DNA of 64,000 bases, taken from Paragordius varius. Taxonomy: Eukaryota > Animalia > Nematomorpha. A model generated the notes under the pieces. That model worked only from the letters and a program-made list of their open reading frames with translations. It was not told where the DNA came from and searched no databases. Location of the stretch: the NCBI GenBank assembly GCA_964247055.1, contig OZ176050.1:8184001-8248000 (forward strand), read 5' to 3'. Position numbers and translations under genes: made by a program. This document shows positions 38,760 through 51,592 of this stretch, piece after piece. How positions within the stretch are numbered: the stretch's first letter is position 1; every line of letters begins with the position of its first letter.

Positions 38760-39860
38760 AAGATTGAGTAGCTAAAGCATAGTACCTACGCTTTTACTGT
38801 AATAATAAAAATTTCTTCACACAAAAATGCTTTTTTGTGTTTCGCTAAATAAAAATAGTCGATACAAATTTTTTAATTACAGATGTAATGCGAGCACAGA
38901 CTGTAATTCAAATATTTTAATGGCCAAACTAAAAATAATACATTCCAAAACCACAAAAACTTTTGCAAAATCATTTTAAACTAGTACCTGCCAAATCCAC
39001 CCCATCGTTAACACCGAATTCGTAAAAACCATAAGAAACTAAAAACTGATGACCTTTGGTCAACTATTTACAAAATCACCACTGAAACAGCCAAAAAGAA
39101 TATACCGCCCGTCCCAAACAAAAATAATAAATTTGCCATATTACAACAATTTATCGAAAAAGAATAGTCAAATCCAAGTACACACCCTTTGAATATAAAA
39201 ATATTAATAAACTACAAAAAAAGCATTAGAACCGACAAGGAGTCTCTTAATACAATCTGCGCTAACCAACAAGCTGCCAAACATAATCACAATTATTTCA
39301 TTACTGTAAGACATAAACCCGCACAAAAGGTAAATGTATAAAGGCCCTAGAGTGATCAGCGAATATACATATCTGGGAAGCCAGACAAGACATCAAAAGA
39401 CGTATAGCCATATGCACTTTGCGACATTACAAACTATGGAAATTACATTGCATACATATAAAAACAAAAATTCGATAAATAAACACCCTAATATCCCAGA
39501 TGGTATGAGGCTGTGAAAGGCCATAATAAATGATTACGGGAAAAGAATAATAGCTTTTAAAATGTTCTGCTGGAGTAAAATACTTGGTGTAACATGGAAG
39601 GACATAGTGCGAAATCACCACACAAACAACGCTTCGTGGTAAAATAACCAAACAAAAATTTGATTTTGCATAATTGGGATATTCTTTGGAAAAGGTATAA
39701 TGTTAGGAAAAGTAAATAGCAAAAGTGGAAGAAGCCGAATACGTATTCGCTGGATGTATGAAAATTATGCCATAATGTCACTTTAAAATTATCTCGAAAA
39801 GTCCAGGACAGAACCGAGTGGAGAGTTTTCCTACAAAATCGCTAACAATCGATAACACTA
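38760..39860 (+). mobile_element. Decayed RTE-like LINE (endonuclease end, RT and C-terminal remnants)
   Basis: Remnants resembling NILMAKLKI, SEYTYLGS and KILGVTWKDIVRN in an A-rich sense strand with many stops. Confidence 0.6.
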
Positions 39861-41156
39861 TCCAACAAATTTTGACTTTTTTAAGTGGCATTCTTGTAAA
39901 TTAATTTATTCCATCAAATTATATAAATAGTATACCCGAAAATTGGTCTATCTAAGAATTTTTTTATTAGGGTTTATCGAAAATTATCTCGATTTAATAT
40001 TAAACTCGAAATTTTCATAATTAAAAGTTTTTGATATAGAGCCATGTATTTATAAACATTCGAAAGAGCGCAAAACTAAATCTTTCAAATGGTAGTTAGT
40101 CATTTATATCAATCTGATCTAGAATTATTTGGGTTTATATGGTCAATATTTTCAATAAATAAGACAAAAATTTTCACAAACAAACTAATATAAACATATA
40201 AATTATTTTAATATAATTATTAGGGTTACATTAAGTATAAAAATTAAAAAAAATCTCTGAAAAAGCTTTTGGTTTGCTTTTTCAATAAAATTATTATTAT
40301 TACATCATGGTTATAAAAGATTAAGATTCCCTAAGATTATATTTCTAATCTCTAAAATTTTGTATTATAAGCCTTTTAAAGAAAATAAATAATATTGATA
40401 TGACGGTAATTTGTTAAAAAAACAAATTAAAAATGGCTGTTTTGAATGACAAAAAGCAATAAAAAGTGTTTTATAAAAACTTTCTTATGTTATCTTTTTT
40501 GGACATTCATTGTCACTTACACATTTAAGCTATTTTCATCCATTGGTTTTAAAAATATATTAATTAAGAACCTTGTCAGTTCGCGGGTTTGTCGCCTTCC
40601 ATGTCCAATATTAACTATCGTTGGTAAACATATTAGTATGCATTTTATAGTTACATTACTCTTGCAAAAGGTATATTACTAAGGGCATTTGTTGTATATT
40701 TTAAAAAAAATATTTTTTAGTAAAATTTTGATAAAGAGGGCGCACAATCATAAGAAAATCAATTTATCAAAAAATCTTAGGTGGAATTACAATTTTTATT
40801 TCAGATTCACTGTTTGATAGTAAATATCAGAAAATGGAAATGAGTGGTAAAAATTTGTTGTCTGGCGTAATCGACTACAAGTTCAACAACAACAAAGGTA
40901 TATTATTAACTACTTTAGCAGTTTAGGACCAAATTGTAAAAACATAAACAGCATTATCTAATAATATTACAAGCAGTATTATTTAAAAAATCAGGGGGTG
41001 GTAGGAAATATTGAAAGAGGTGACTATATAGGTATGTGAAATTAGGCTTCAATACAATTTTAAATACCAGCGCTGCACAAAACCCATTAGAAACCATTAG
41101 GGCAACATGTTTTCCCCATAAAGGCCAACATTGTAATAAAATTAATAAATAAATAT

Positions 41157-41535
41157 TTATTGTATGCGTATTCGTAAAGTAAAGATATTATAAGGATAAT
41201 CATCGTTAACCTAAAACTTAATTAAATCAAAAAACTTGTGGTTTTCTTTCAAAATCTTGATCTAAAGTCTCTTCCTCCAACAAAAGGGTCGCCATTATTG
41301 CAACTTGTTTAATGGTATGTTTTGTGGATAATTTAACATCTTCCAGGTATAATGAGATCTAAAGATATAATTCGATATATGAGTATGCTTGATTTGTTAA
41401 AAAAAAATTGAAATAATTTTCATTACCATGAATAACAATAGCTCTTAAATAAAAATTTTATATTGGCTTTGAATCAAGGCGAGGTTAGTAAAAGCAGTTT
41501 CTAACTTTTTTAAATCCATTATTAATTCTGCCTGT
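41157..41535 (-). CDS. Putative 3' exons of an unidentified gene
   Basis: Exon 41236-41358 (ISLYLEDVKLSTKHTIKQVAIMATLLLEEETLDQDFERKPQ), a 25-nt GT-AG intron at 41211-41235, then VNDDYPYNIFTLRIRIQ*. Upstream exons could not be joined cleanly. Confidence 0.35.
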
Positions 41536-41868
41536 GACAAAAAGACAAATATTATTTTTTACAAGCGCATTCCCATGTTTATCGATTCAAAATATACAAA
41601 AATCTTATATTATAATTTTTTACAGTTATATAAAATAAGCATACTTTATTAAATATATGACTGATATACCAAATAGAAACACATAAATATATATAACTTC
41701 ATTTTCTAATAACTTCTTTGTCCTAGAATCAAAAATATATTATACTATTTCAATCAAAAAGTTTAACATAAATCATTATTTTTAATTGGAATATATAGCA
41801 ATCACTTATTTTTAAATAAACCGGTGTTTACATTTTTAATTAAAGCAGCAGTTTCTAAATTTTGTTTT

Positions 41869-43368
41869 TCAAAACGAACCATTTTTTTGAGGTATGGAAT
41901 AGAAAACTAAGTAGTTTCCATTAAATTTAAAAATAAAATCAAAGTTTTGCTCAAATCTCTTAAAACGGTTTTGGTTCAAACTTCTCTTTATAAATATTAA
42001 TATCTTTATCTTAAATTTGGATTCACTGATTTCAAATGCATTTTTAACAATCAACAATTTTAATTTTTAAGATTTCAAATCATCAAAGATAAAATATCGG
42101 TGAATACCTATAATGGGTATTTGTTATAGCATAAAAGACATATATTAATCACATAAAAAAATAAAATATAGAGGCATAAACAATGAAATCAATTACAACT
42201 TTACACTTAAAATTGTAACGTTAATTATATTTTTCGCAAATAAAGTCTAAATTGTGCAAAGTTATAAAAATATTCAACCCGTTCAGTATCAAATATATAT
42301 TTCTCAAGCATTTGTAATAAATTCGATATGGTGGCTTTGTCAGGGCATCGAATGTATTTGACAAAATTATTGGATTTACTATCATTCAGAATATTTTGAG
42401 TATTTCGTAACACATCTTTGGATAGACTAAAAATATTAAAAGATCTAAACTTATGAATTCTAAATTTAGTGAATGTTTCGATTGCTAAATATATCTCATG
42501 AAAAATGGATTATTTTGTAAGGCATTTATTTTGCATGAGCGAGAGTAGCGATAGGTGCTAAAAGGTTGTTACAGTTAATCGCACATAGATTTGCGCTCCA
42601 TAAAAAATGATTATTTGTAGTTTTTAAAAATCATAGTATATTCATACATTTTAAAATAACCTAACGAATTTCGAAAACAATTTATGATCTACATCCGATT
42701 TTAAGGCCATTTGAAAAGCTAGCTAATTTACATAATAACCGTTTAAAAACAAAAAATTACTCTCCAATTATTCGAAATGAAATTAGTGGGACATCATCCT
42801 CTATATAGTCATTTTCATCATTATTTTGAATTATATTTTTTAAAGTATCCTCATGGTTAGATATATCTTTCAATTTAAATTTCTTAAATTTTTCCACAAA
42901 TTTTCTATCAGATTCGGGGATATCATCGCGGTTTAAAATATCTTCATGCTTTTCATAAAAATCTAATTGCCTGGTATTTTCATCTATATAATTAAATTTT
43001 TAAACTTTCAATAACTCTTGGTAAGAGTTTATTTATAAGATCTTGAAAGGTTCTGTCATACTGAAGGGAATTAAGAGGCATAGTGTCTGAAACCTTAATA
43101 CGACATATTGGGCAACATACTTCGGGTGATGAAGATAGAGAAATTTTTATTGCACATTTATCTTTTTCCGATAAAAAATATTTAACTATACAACTTTTAC
43201 AAACTATGATTAATTAATATAATACATGTGTGAAGACATTCAGTGATGGTGGTGGCATCAATTATATATCCTTTGCATAAATTGCAAGTAAAAAAATGGT
43301 TTAATGTTTTTATTGGTACATAGATCTTTATTTAGACAAAAATATACTGGCTTGTCCTCTTCATCATC
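41869..43368 (-). CDS. PCGF3: Polycomb group RING finger protein (PCGF3/5-like); start and final exons uncertain
   Basis: [59 protein letters not shown], plus the RAWUL-like KYIRCPDKATISNL. Three 22-nt introns (43326-43347, 43204-43225, 42984-43005) restore the frame. The paralog assignment is approximate. Confidence 0.88.
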
Positions 43369-43658
43369 CTTAAAATAAAATAAATGGGCGGGTATAAATG
43401 GTAATTTTTTATAAGCCATAATTTTAAATTGTATAAATCATACATGGATTAAAATGACTGTGCACATAAATTGATTTTACCTTTTTGTTATCTCTGCTTA
43501 AGATGTTTTTATATCTATGATATCATAATCATATATATGTTGTCCATTAAAAGCTCTTTATATTATATTAAGTATTCGGAGACATGCTTCAAATTTTAAG
43601 GATTGTAAATAAGAATTTTACCTGTTTTTCATGTGAAACCTTGTATTTAATTATTTAA

Positions 43659-44231
43659 CACTTTAATTCAAATTGGGGTATCTACCCAGACTTAATTTAA
43701 ATTAATATTTTTAAAGAACTACTGAAGGAAACGGCCCCAATTTAAATTCATGCTTCTATTCTGATAAATATTATAAAAATATGCCAAAATATCTTCATAA
43801 AATTTTGTTTTGAAAAAAAGTTCCATCTCAAACTACTTCGACGCCATTTTTATTTTGCAGAATTTTTGCAAAATATAGTCTTTATTTAATTTTAAGGGTA
43901 AAACTAAAGCTAATTTTATATAAATTACATCTAACATTGATAGAAATGAAAAAGCGGGTTAGTTTGTATAATTTTTCAATTTTACAATTTGACACATGTC
44001 GCGTTGACGAAATTTTTACCTTTCGGCTTTAGCTTAAAATAAGTAATATCAAGTATTTTTGAATAAAATTTTTTATATATTTCGGTTTATTAATGTTATA
44101 TAAGTGCGAAATTCTGCCATGGTTTCGATTCCTTCCATACTTTTCAAAGTATTTGATTTTAAACAGACCTGGAGTATCCAACTACCCCAATTTGAATCGA
44201 AGGACTAAAATGAGTGTGTTGTATCCAAGTG
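43659..44231 (+). mobile_element. piggyBac-type MITE family A, complete copy
   Basis: TTAA on both sides and CACTT/AAGTG termini. The internal repeat CTTCGATTCAAATTGGGGTA is asymmetric: terminal on one end and ~35 bp inside on the other. Confidence 0.85.
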
Positions 44232-44354
44232 TTAATTTAATATAAGATGATAATTTTGTAAGATGTTATTAAAATATATAATTGAAAACTTTCAAAAATA
44301 ATTGTATTTTTTGTCGCCACCGTAATCAATTAAATAGTGGCACAAATAAAATTT

Positions 44355-45100
44355 GGACCGTATTAACAAAAATTATTGAATGGCCGCAAAAATGTTCATA
44401 TTGTGTCAAGGGCTGTGCACCATATAATCCGGAACTTTAAAGCTATTTATATTTGTACACAAATACATAAAAAATAACAAATATTCAGGAAAAAATGTTT
44501 TTAGGTTTCGATGCCGTCAGTGGCCCACGATTTATGTATCGAGAGTCATCAGAAATTAAGAAAAATCCATTCAACCAATGTGGTAAAATCAGTCTTTAGC
44601 TAAATATAGGAAGGAAAAAATAACTTTAGTTTTTGTCCAAAATCCCCTTTAATTTTTGTATATTTGATGTGGGATCATGGCATTCGATTATTTACAGTAT
44701 GCACATTAATGTTTTGACATTATTGTCGGAAAATCGGAAATATTGTAGGATGTGAGTAAAATACAACAAATAAATTGGAAGTTATTCCTATCTTACGTAA
44801 TTTAATTATGGACAAAATTTGTTTTAATGGTAACAACGTCATTTTTATTTTATTTCATATATCGATTCAATAAATATTTGATCCCTAATATTTATTTTTC
44901 ATAAACAATATTTAATCCATGTAAATAAGATTGGTTATTTATCAGATAAAAATATTTATTATCCGTAAATTATTATTAAATAATATATTAATTATTTCTT
45001 ATATTCTTATAGTAATTCCTCATCATAAGAAATGTCAAATCTATTTGAAAACATCGCAAACATATTATTTTCGTTTCGGAAGAGTGGGGTCGGGGTGACA
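44355..45100 (+). other. Possible exons of an unidentified gene
   Basis: Open, GC-richer segments, some with plausible splice sites (GFDAVSGPRFMYRESSEIKKNPFNQC at ~44507-44581; IPHHKKCQIYLKTSQTYYFRFGRVG at ~45014-45095). No homolog was recognised. Confidence 0.25.
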
Positions 45101-46070
45101 TAACATTTTTTTATTAATTGATTTTTTAAATAAATAATTATTGTGTTATTTATGAATTAGCTTAATCCATCAAACATAAGTTTAATTCAATTAATTGGAA
45201 TTGCTTGCTTTACTTAACGAAGTGTTTCAATAAAAAGCTTATGAATATATTCTATTGAAAAAAATATGAGTAATTAACGCGTGTGCAATAATATATATAT
45301 TGGTTAATGAGCGTACGTGCACTTATTTTTTTAATTATTCTTTCAATTTTATCCCATCTTTATTTTGATAACAAAATACAAATTATATCATCATCATTCT
45401 CGGTATTAACCATTTAAAGGTAATTTATATTAATTATATTCTTTTTCAATTAAGTTAGAAGAATTAAAAAGATGCGTATTTTCACATTGTTTCGTCAATA
45501 TCTTTTAATGTGGCATAACATTTAAGGCAAAATATTATTTTGACTTTAGTGCATGTAAGGCAACACAAATATATATATATATATATATATATATGGGAAT
45601 TAATGAATATCAACATATAAATTCTAATGATTTTTGCTATTTTTTCTAGTTCACATTGCGAATTAGATCTATTTAGGAAAGTGTTCAAAATATATAAATT
45701 TTATAAGAATATTTTTACATATGAAATTTCGCGGGCTGCACATAGTGTTTCGGAGGGCCGCGTGTTCCTTTGATTTAGGATATCAAAGAATTTGCCAGTG
45801 AAACAATTTTTTAGGAATATTTTAGCATACCCAATATATAATACATTTAGTGTAATCAAGTGTTTTTTTGTAGGTATCATTTTATAAATCCAATGCTGGA
45901 TCGCGTAAAGCCAATCTGTGTTAAAACGCACCATCCAGCAATTTAGATTATAAAATTTAACAGCGATATATTGGTTATATGGATCTTGTTAATAGAAAAA
46001 TAAATTTAAATGTATGTGAGATAGTATGATTATTCTTGCTAAATATATTCACATTATGTTTAAGTTAAAG

Positions 46071-46423
46071 CAGGGATGTCTAACACAAATGGCTTCATGG
46101 CCCCATTTTTGACTTGAAAAATTTTGAAACATATGTGGACATTCATAAATATTTTATTAGATCATTAACATAAGATAAAACAGAATATAACAATAACAGT
46201 TGTTACCGCGAAATAATGAGATAAACGAAAATTAAACGAAAATTAAGATGAAACTAAGTTTTCACAGAAAATACTTTTTATAGTTCGTTAATTAGATAAA
46301 CTTATTCAATAATTTGTTTGAGAAATATCAATATTACTGAGAATTTGTGAGCATTATTTTCAAAATTGTTAAAAAAAATTTGCGAGCCGCATACCGCCCA
46401 CGAGCCACATGTTAGGCACCTCT
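46071..46423. mobile_element. hAT (Charlie-like) MITE
   Basis: CAGGGATGTCTAACAC...GCGAGCCGCA...GTTAGGCACC; related to 16116-16395. Confidence 0.55.
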
Positions 46424-46777
46424 TTAAACAAGAATAAATAAAAAATATACTTGCTTAATTGCATTTTAACTTAATTATTTATTAACAAATAAATGACCCA
46501 AATAACAAATAATATGGCTTTTGCTGCAAAGAAATTAAATTATCAAAATAGTTAATGGATTTGTTTAACTGATTAAAATATTTCCCAACGTTATTATTTT
46601 AAGCATTAAATTTTAAGTGCGTATCAGACTGACGCCCAACTAACGAAAAAAACGTTTCTATACATGCCATATTAAATATCGCTAAAATAATATTATGAAT
46701 AATAAGATTGTTGATTATGAAAATTGAAAACATTTATAGTTATATATCATTGTTTAACAAATATTTATTGATTAGTT

Positions 46778-49700
46778 ATGAAATGTTGGAAATGCAACAA
46801 AAGCGTGTTGGAATACGTAGAAAATGAATCTCAACCGTACTGCCTGGAATGTTATGAAAAACATTTGGCTAATAAATGCAAATCTTGTGGAAAAATGATC
46901 TCTGCCGGAGAAAAGGTAATAAAAATTTGTAGCTCAAAACAATATAATCAATGATATTTGCAAATGAGCATATATACAAAACAATTTTTATAGTTCACAT
47001 AAGTTCTTAATTAAGTCGATATATTCATTTATTTTATCTTCATAGTTTAGATGCAAATTTTGATAGAGCTACGCAATCATCTTTGTATTTTAAAGTATTA
47101 TGTTCAATTAAATTGGTAAATTAATATTTTTAAGCTATTTTTTAGCCAAACACCCAATGAAACATTTTGCCTATAAATTATATTCTAGTATTTTTTTATA
47201 TTTAGTTCTATTCCATAATTAGCAAACTTCTTGGTAAGGTTATTGTTTTTTTAACACCCAATTCATAGGGATACAAAATTTCTTGCTTTGTCTTAAAATT
47301 CTTGTCCACCATAATTATGTTTTAGACAATATAGTCATAGTGATACCCTGTTTCGCAATTTAATTTTTTGTAATCCGAGTATTTTTAAATAATTTCAAAA
47401 TATATTAAACTAGCGTAAATCTCGTGCTGCTACGCATCCCGAGGAAGTCCTTTCGACTTCTGGGGGGGGGGGGGGGGGGGGCTATTTGAAAAAGGGGACA
47501 ATAAAATAATCCACATATGTGAATTATTTCGAAACAATATTTGATAGCTATGATCTCATAGGAATTTCAAAACGGTGCATTCATTTTAATATATTGTTTA
47601 CTTGGGCGAAAAATAGATTCAAAAAATTATTTTTGTAGACTTTTTTTTCTGAAAAAAATGGCATTTTACGGTGGGAGCGGGTAAGAGGGCCTAAATTAAA
47701 AAAGCGAGACGACTATGTTCGGCGCAATCGAAAATAACTAAACAAAAATCATATTTGAAATTGAATGGTCCAACACGTTCTCCGGAAAATTATCTCAAAG
47801 ACACGATTTTTGTAAACTTCTGTTTTCAAAAAAACCCGTTTTTTACACGGGGTGGACCCGAACTGGGGGCCTAATTCAAAAAAAGGCGAAGCTATTGTCG
47901 GGGCATTTATTAATGATTATATTTTTTTGATATTTGGCTTTGAATGGGTTTACCGGTTTTCAGGAAACAGATCACAAAGCCAGCATTTTCCATTTTTATA
48001 AATATATAGATTCCTGTTACCGGACGTAAAATATTTAGCCCTTAGACATGATAAAAATGTTATGTTAACAATCTATTCTCATTCATAGTGGATAGATGGA
48101 TGTGTTGCTACAGTTGAGGTCGACTTTTTGCAATAATGATCTCTATAAATTGTGGTATTTAATTTTATTATTAAGTACCAAAATTGTTATGGTTTCTTTT
48201 AGAATATTGTCCACCATCCTTGTTCTTCTTAGGCCTACTTCACGTGCATTGCTGCTGACGTTTCTTAAGATCAAAGACTTCTATAATGAGTTATATATGA
48301 AAATATGGCCATTTGGTAAGGGTGGACATGCTAGTCAATGACATATCCGGATTGATTTTGTTTAGGATTGTTTTGTTGGTTATTTTGTGGGACCATTAAC
48401 TTCATGCAAACCCATAGTTTAAAGTAATTTATAAGCCGTTCGTCATATTTTTTTATAGTCAATCCTTTAAACTCAGAAAGGTAAACAAATAGTTGCATAC
48501 GCAAGTCGGATTTTTGTTTTTATAATGACATTATAGGATGTCCAAATCTTGCAATTATTTGTGGCCGTTTTGGCCATAGCGATTCTACGTTTAATCTCGT
48601 AAGCGTTCCCTATTAAGCCTTCGGAGATTTTACTATTTCGATAGAATGTGCGTTGATAGTTACTAAATTAGCAACTTTTGAGTTAATTAACAATACTTTT
48701 GTTTTTGAGACATTTATCTGTAGACCATATTTTTCACATTCCAACAAAATGTTGCAATTAATATAATTAATATGAAATTTTTTATTACATTTGTTTCATG
48801 TTTTTAAATATTTAAGTATTGTTACTCTTTTTCGGACGCATATTTTTCAAAAATGTTTTTTCGTTGGGCCACGCATTCCAATGTAATTTGATCTGCTTTT
48901 ATACAACATTTATATTTAACGAGTCGAACATTTTGGGCAGAAACGAATATTATTATTCTTTAATTACTGATACATTTGCTAAGCAAGTCGCCGTTTTCAA
49001 AGGTATGGGGCTAAATTTGCATGTTTTTTTCACGACTTTCTGTTTATGACGGGCCACATAATCCCTCTCACGGTTTAAATTTGATTATTTTTTTAAAATG
49101 CAAGGGTGAGGGGGGCTCTATCACGGATTCATTCACCGGGCGCCAGAAATGCATACCTCTCTGCACTAAAATATAATCTTTTTAAAAATTGTTTAAAATT
49201 TTGTCATTTATAAATTTTATACCGAACCCGTTTATCTCCTATCATTTCATATCTTTCCTTTCTAAAAATGTTACAGTACATTAAGATATTTTTAAACATA
49301 CCTACATCATTATTGTTTATTTTATTCAAGACATTCAAAAATAATATTTGTATTTTGAATTAGATATATATGTATTATTGATAAACCTCTCTCAATTTAT
49401 AATCTTTATATTTTAGGCCATAAAATTAAACGCGTTTAATTGGTACCATGCCCCATGCTTCAAATGCACCAAATGTCAAGCACAACTTGAGGATAAAACA
49501 TTCGAGAAGCGTAAAAGTAAGCCATATTGTGGAAAATGTTTTGGGGAAGCATTTATTGGCAAATGTTTTGCATGTGATCAAATAATCGAACCAGGTAAAA
49601 CCTTATTAATTCAATGTACCGATTTTATTATTTTATTAAGGAAGTAATACATAGTTTTAAAGCGTTGCCCTTGTTTTCCAAATCATATAAGGAGATAATA

Positions 49701-51023
49701 CATTTTTAAAAACCTAGTTAATTAATTTATTACATATATATACATATATTTATTAAGGCCAATCAAAGATTGAAAATGAAGGAAAGATTTGGCATGATAA
49801 ATGTTTTATATGCGTTACTTGCAAAAAGCCGTTGGTTGATATTGATATTTATCCTGATGATGCTGGAATGCATTGTGAAGAATGTTTTCAAAATAAGGTG
49901 GCTGCGATTTGTAAAAAATGTGATAAGGTATATCTATATGCAATTATATTTGAAAAACATTATATTTAATCCATGAAATAAATGGGATGTACAGTAAAAT
50001 TAAAAGTGTTTAGACAAAACGTAAAAACACCAAGACAAATATTTTTTTCAAAAGACTCCTATAGATTTTAACCCTGATTTATTCCACATAAACTATTTTA
50101 TTACAATTTTAAATGTTATAATTAAGCGGGTTAACAATCTACATCTCTATTTCCTAATTTGAATTCAAAGCTATAGCTAATATTTTTTAAAAAAAGTTTA
50201 AACAATATGATTATCTTTAAAAAATATTTGTCTTTGGTTTTTACGTTTTGTCAATATAATTTCAATTTTTACTGTATATGTCTATATTTATTCAAGCTTT
50301 TTTGTGCAAAGTGAAATAATTTTTAAAAATGATTGTGTTTGTAGCCTATCATGGGATCATTCGTAGAATTCCATGACCATCCTTTCCACGAGGAGTGCAT
50401 GAAATGTGAAAAATGTAACGGTGATATAACCAAAAAACAGGTGATTGACTGCAATGGTTTACCAGTGTGCATGCCTTGTTACACAAAACATTATGCAGAT
50501 AAATGTGCTAAATGCGGCCATCCTATTACAAGTTAACACATTTTTAAATAAATAATCTAAAAATTTGCAAAAAACAGGCAAAATATTTATTTAATTGATC
50601 AGTGTGCATATAAAATATTTTTATCCTTCCATAAAAATTAGGTAAAAACTGCTTAAAGAATAAAAAATATTTGATTTGGCTTTTAACGAAGATTTGTTTC
50701 AATATAATAATCAATTTAATCAAAATAATCTAACCTAAAAGCCTACTTGATTCTTAAATATCTTCTTTTATGATTGTATATTTTAAGCCCTATAGGTGTT
50801 TCTTTTAAATTCTTAGTGAAAACTTAATTTTTAACTACAAGTTTATTGATGTTTTTATAAACGTTATCATACATTTTTAGCCGCGGAAGCTATAGTTTAC
50901 GAAAACAGCAAATGGCACAAACCATGTTTCATTTGTACAAAATGTAAAAAATCATTGATTGGTGAGGGATTTTTGATGAAAGGACACAACATTCTGTGTG
51001 AGGCTTGTAAAAACAAAAAATAA
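46778..51023 (+). CDS. FHL2: Four-and-a-half LIM domain protein (FHL2/limpet-like), 5 exons (46778-46915, 49417-49594, 49758-49927, 50345-50531, 50881-51023)
   Basis: An N-terminal half LIM (CWKC..PYCLEC) and four full LIM domains (CxxC..WHxxCFxCxxC..CxxC), ending KKSLIGEGFLMKGHNILCEAC. Junctions are phase-compatible. The symbol denotes the family, not established orthology. Confidence 0.9.
47410..48010 (-). mobile_element. Non-autonomous Helitron (family B), complete copy in FHL intron 1
   Basis: Inserted A|TC...CTAG|T with no TSD, and a GC-rich hairpin ~10 nt before CTAG. It contains a run of ~20 G. Confidence 0.85.
48090..48660 (-). mobile_element. RTE-like LINE 3' fragment in FHL intron 1
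   Basis: Remnants EIKRRIAMAKTATK and GLRRTRMVDNI. Confidence 0.65.
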
Positions 51024-51592
51024 TATTTATTTAATATTTTTGGCTTTCGATTTTTTGTATGTGATTATATATGTTTAATAAATTTTTTATATTTATTGTA
51101 TTTTATCAGGTTATAGTAGTCCTTTTTACCGTTTTCGAAATTAAAAAGATCCGACCACAGTCCAATTTAATTTTAATCCCTGGACAGAATTTCCTATTTT
51201 AGGCGGGTCGTTCCTATAAATGATGAAAATAACTAAGTAATTGAAATCTCATTTACTTGGTAAAAAAACTATCGTTTCAAATCTGTTATGGTTAACCCTA
51301 ATTACAGGTGTTAAATCAGATTAAAAATTTCCTATTTGCAAAAAATGGGAAAATTATTTTATTTTCTTGTAAACACATCTTAGGTGCAACCTTGTTCTAT
51401 TATGGAATCAATAACTTGTTGTTTTGCTATTCAAAAACGGTTTTTTATTAAATATAAAAAGTGCATAAATTTTATTATAATAAAGAACTTATACTTATTG
51501 ATAAAAATGAGTTTTTTAGGATTTATATGTTCCTCTATCAGTTAATAATATATATGACAAGGTTGATAAAGATATAAATTTCTTATTTTTAA

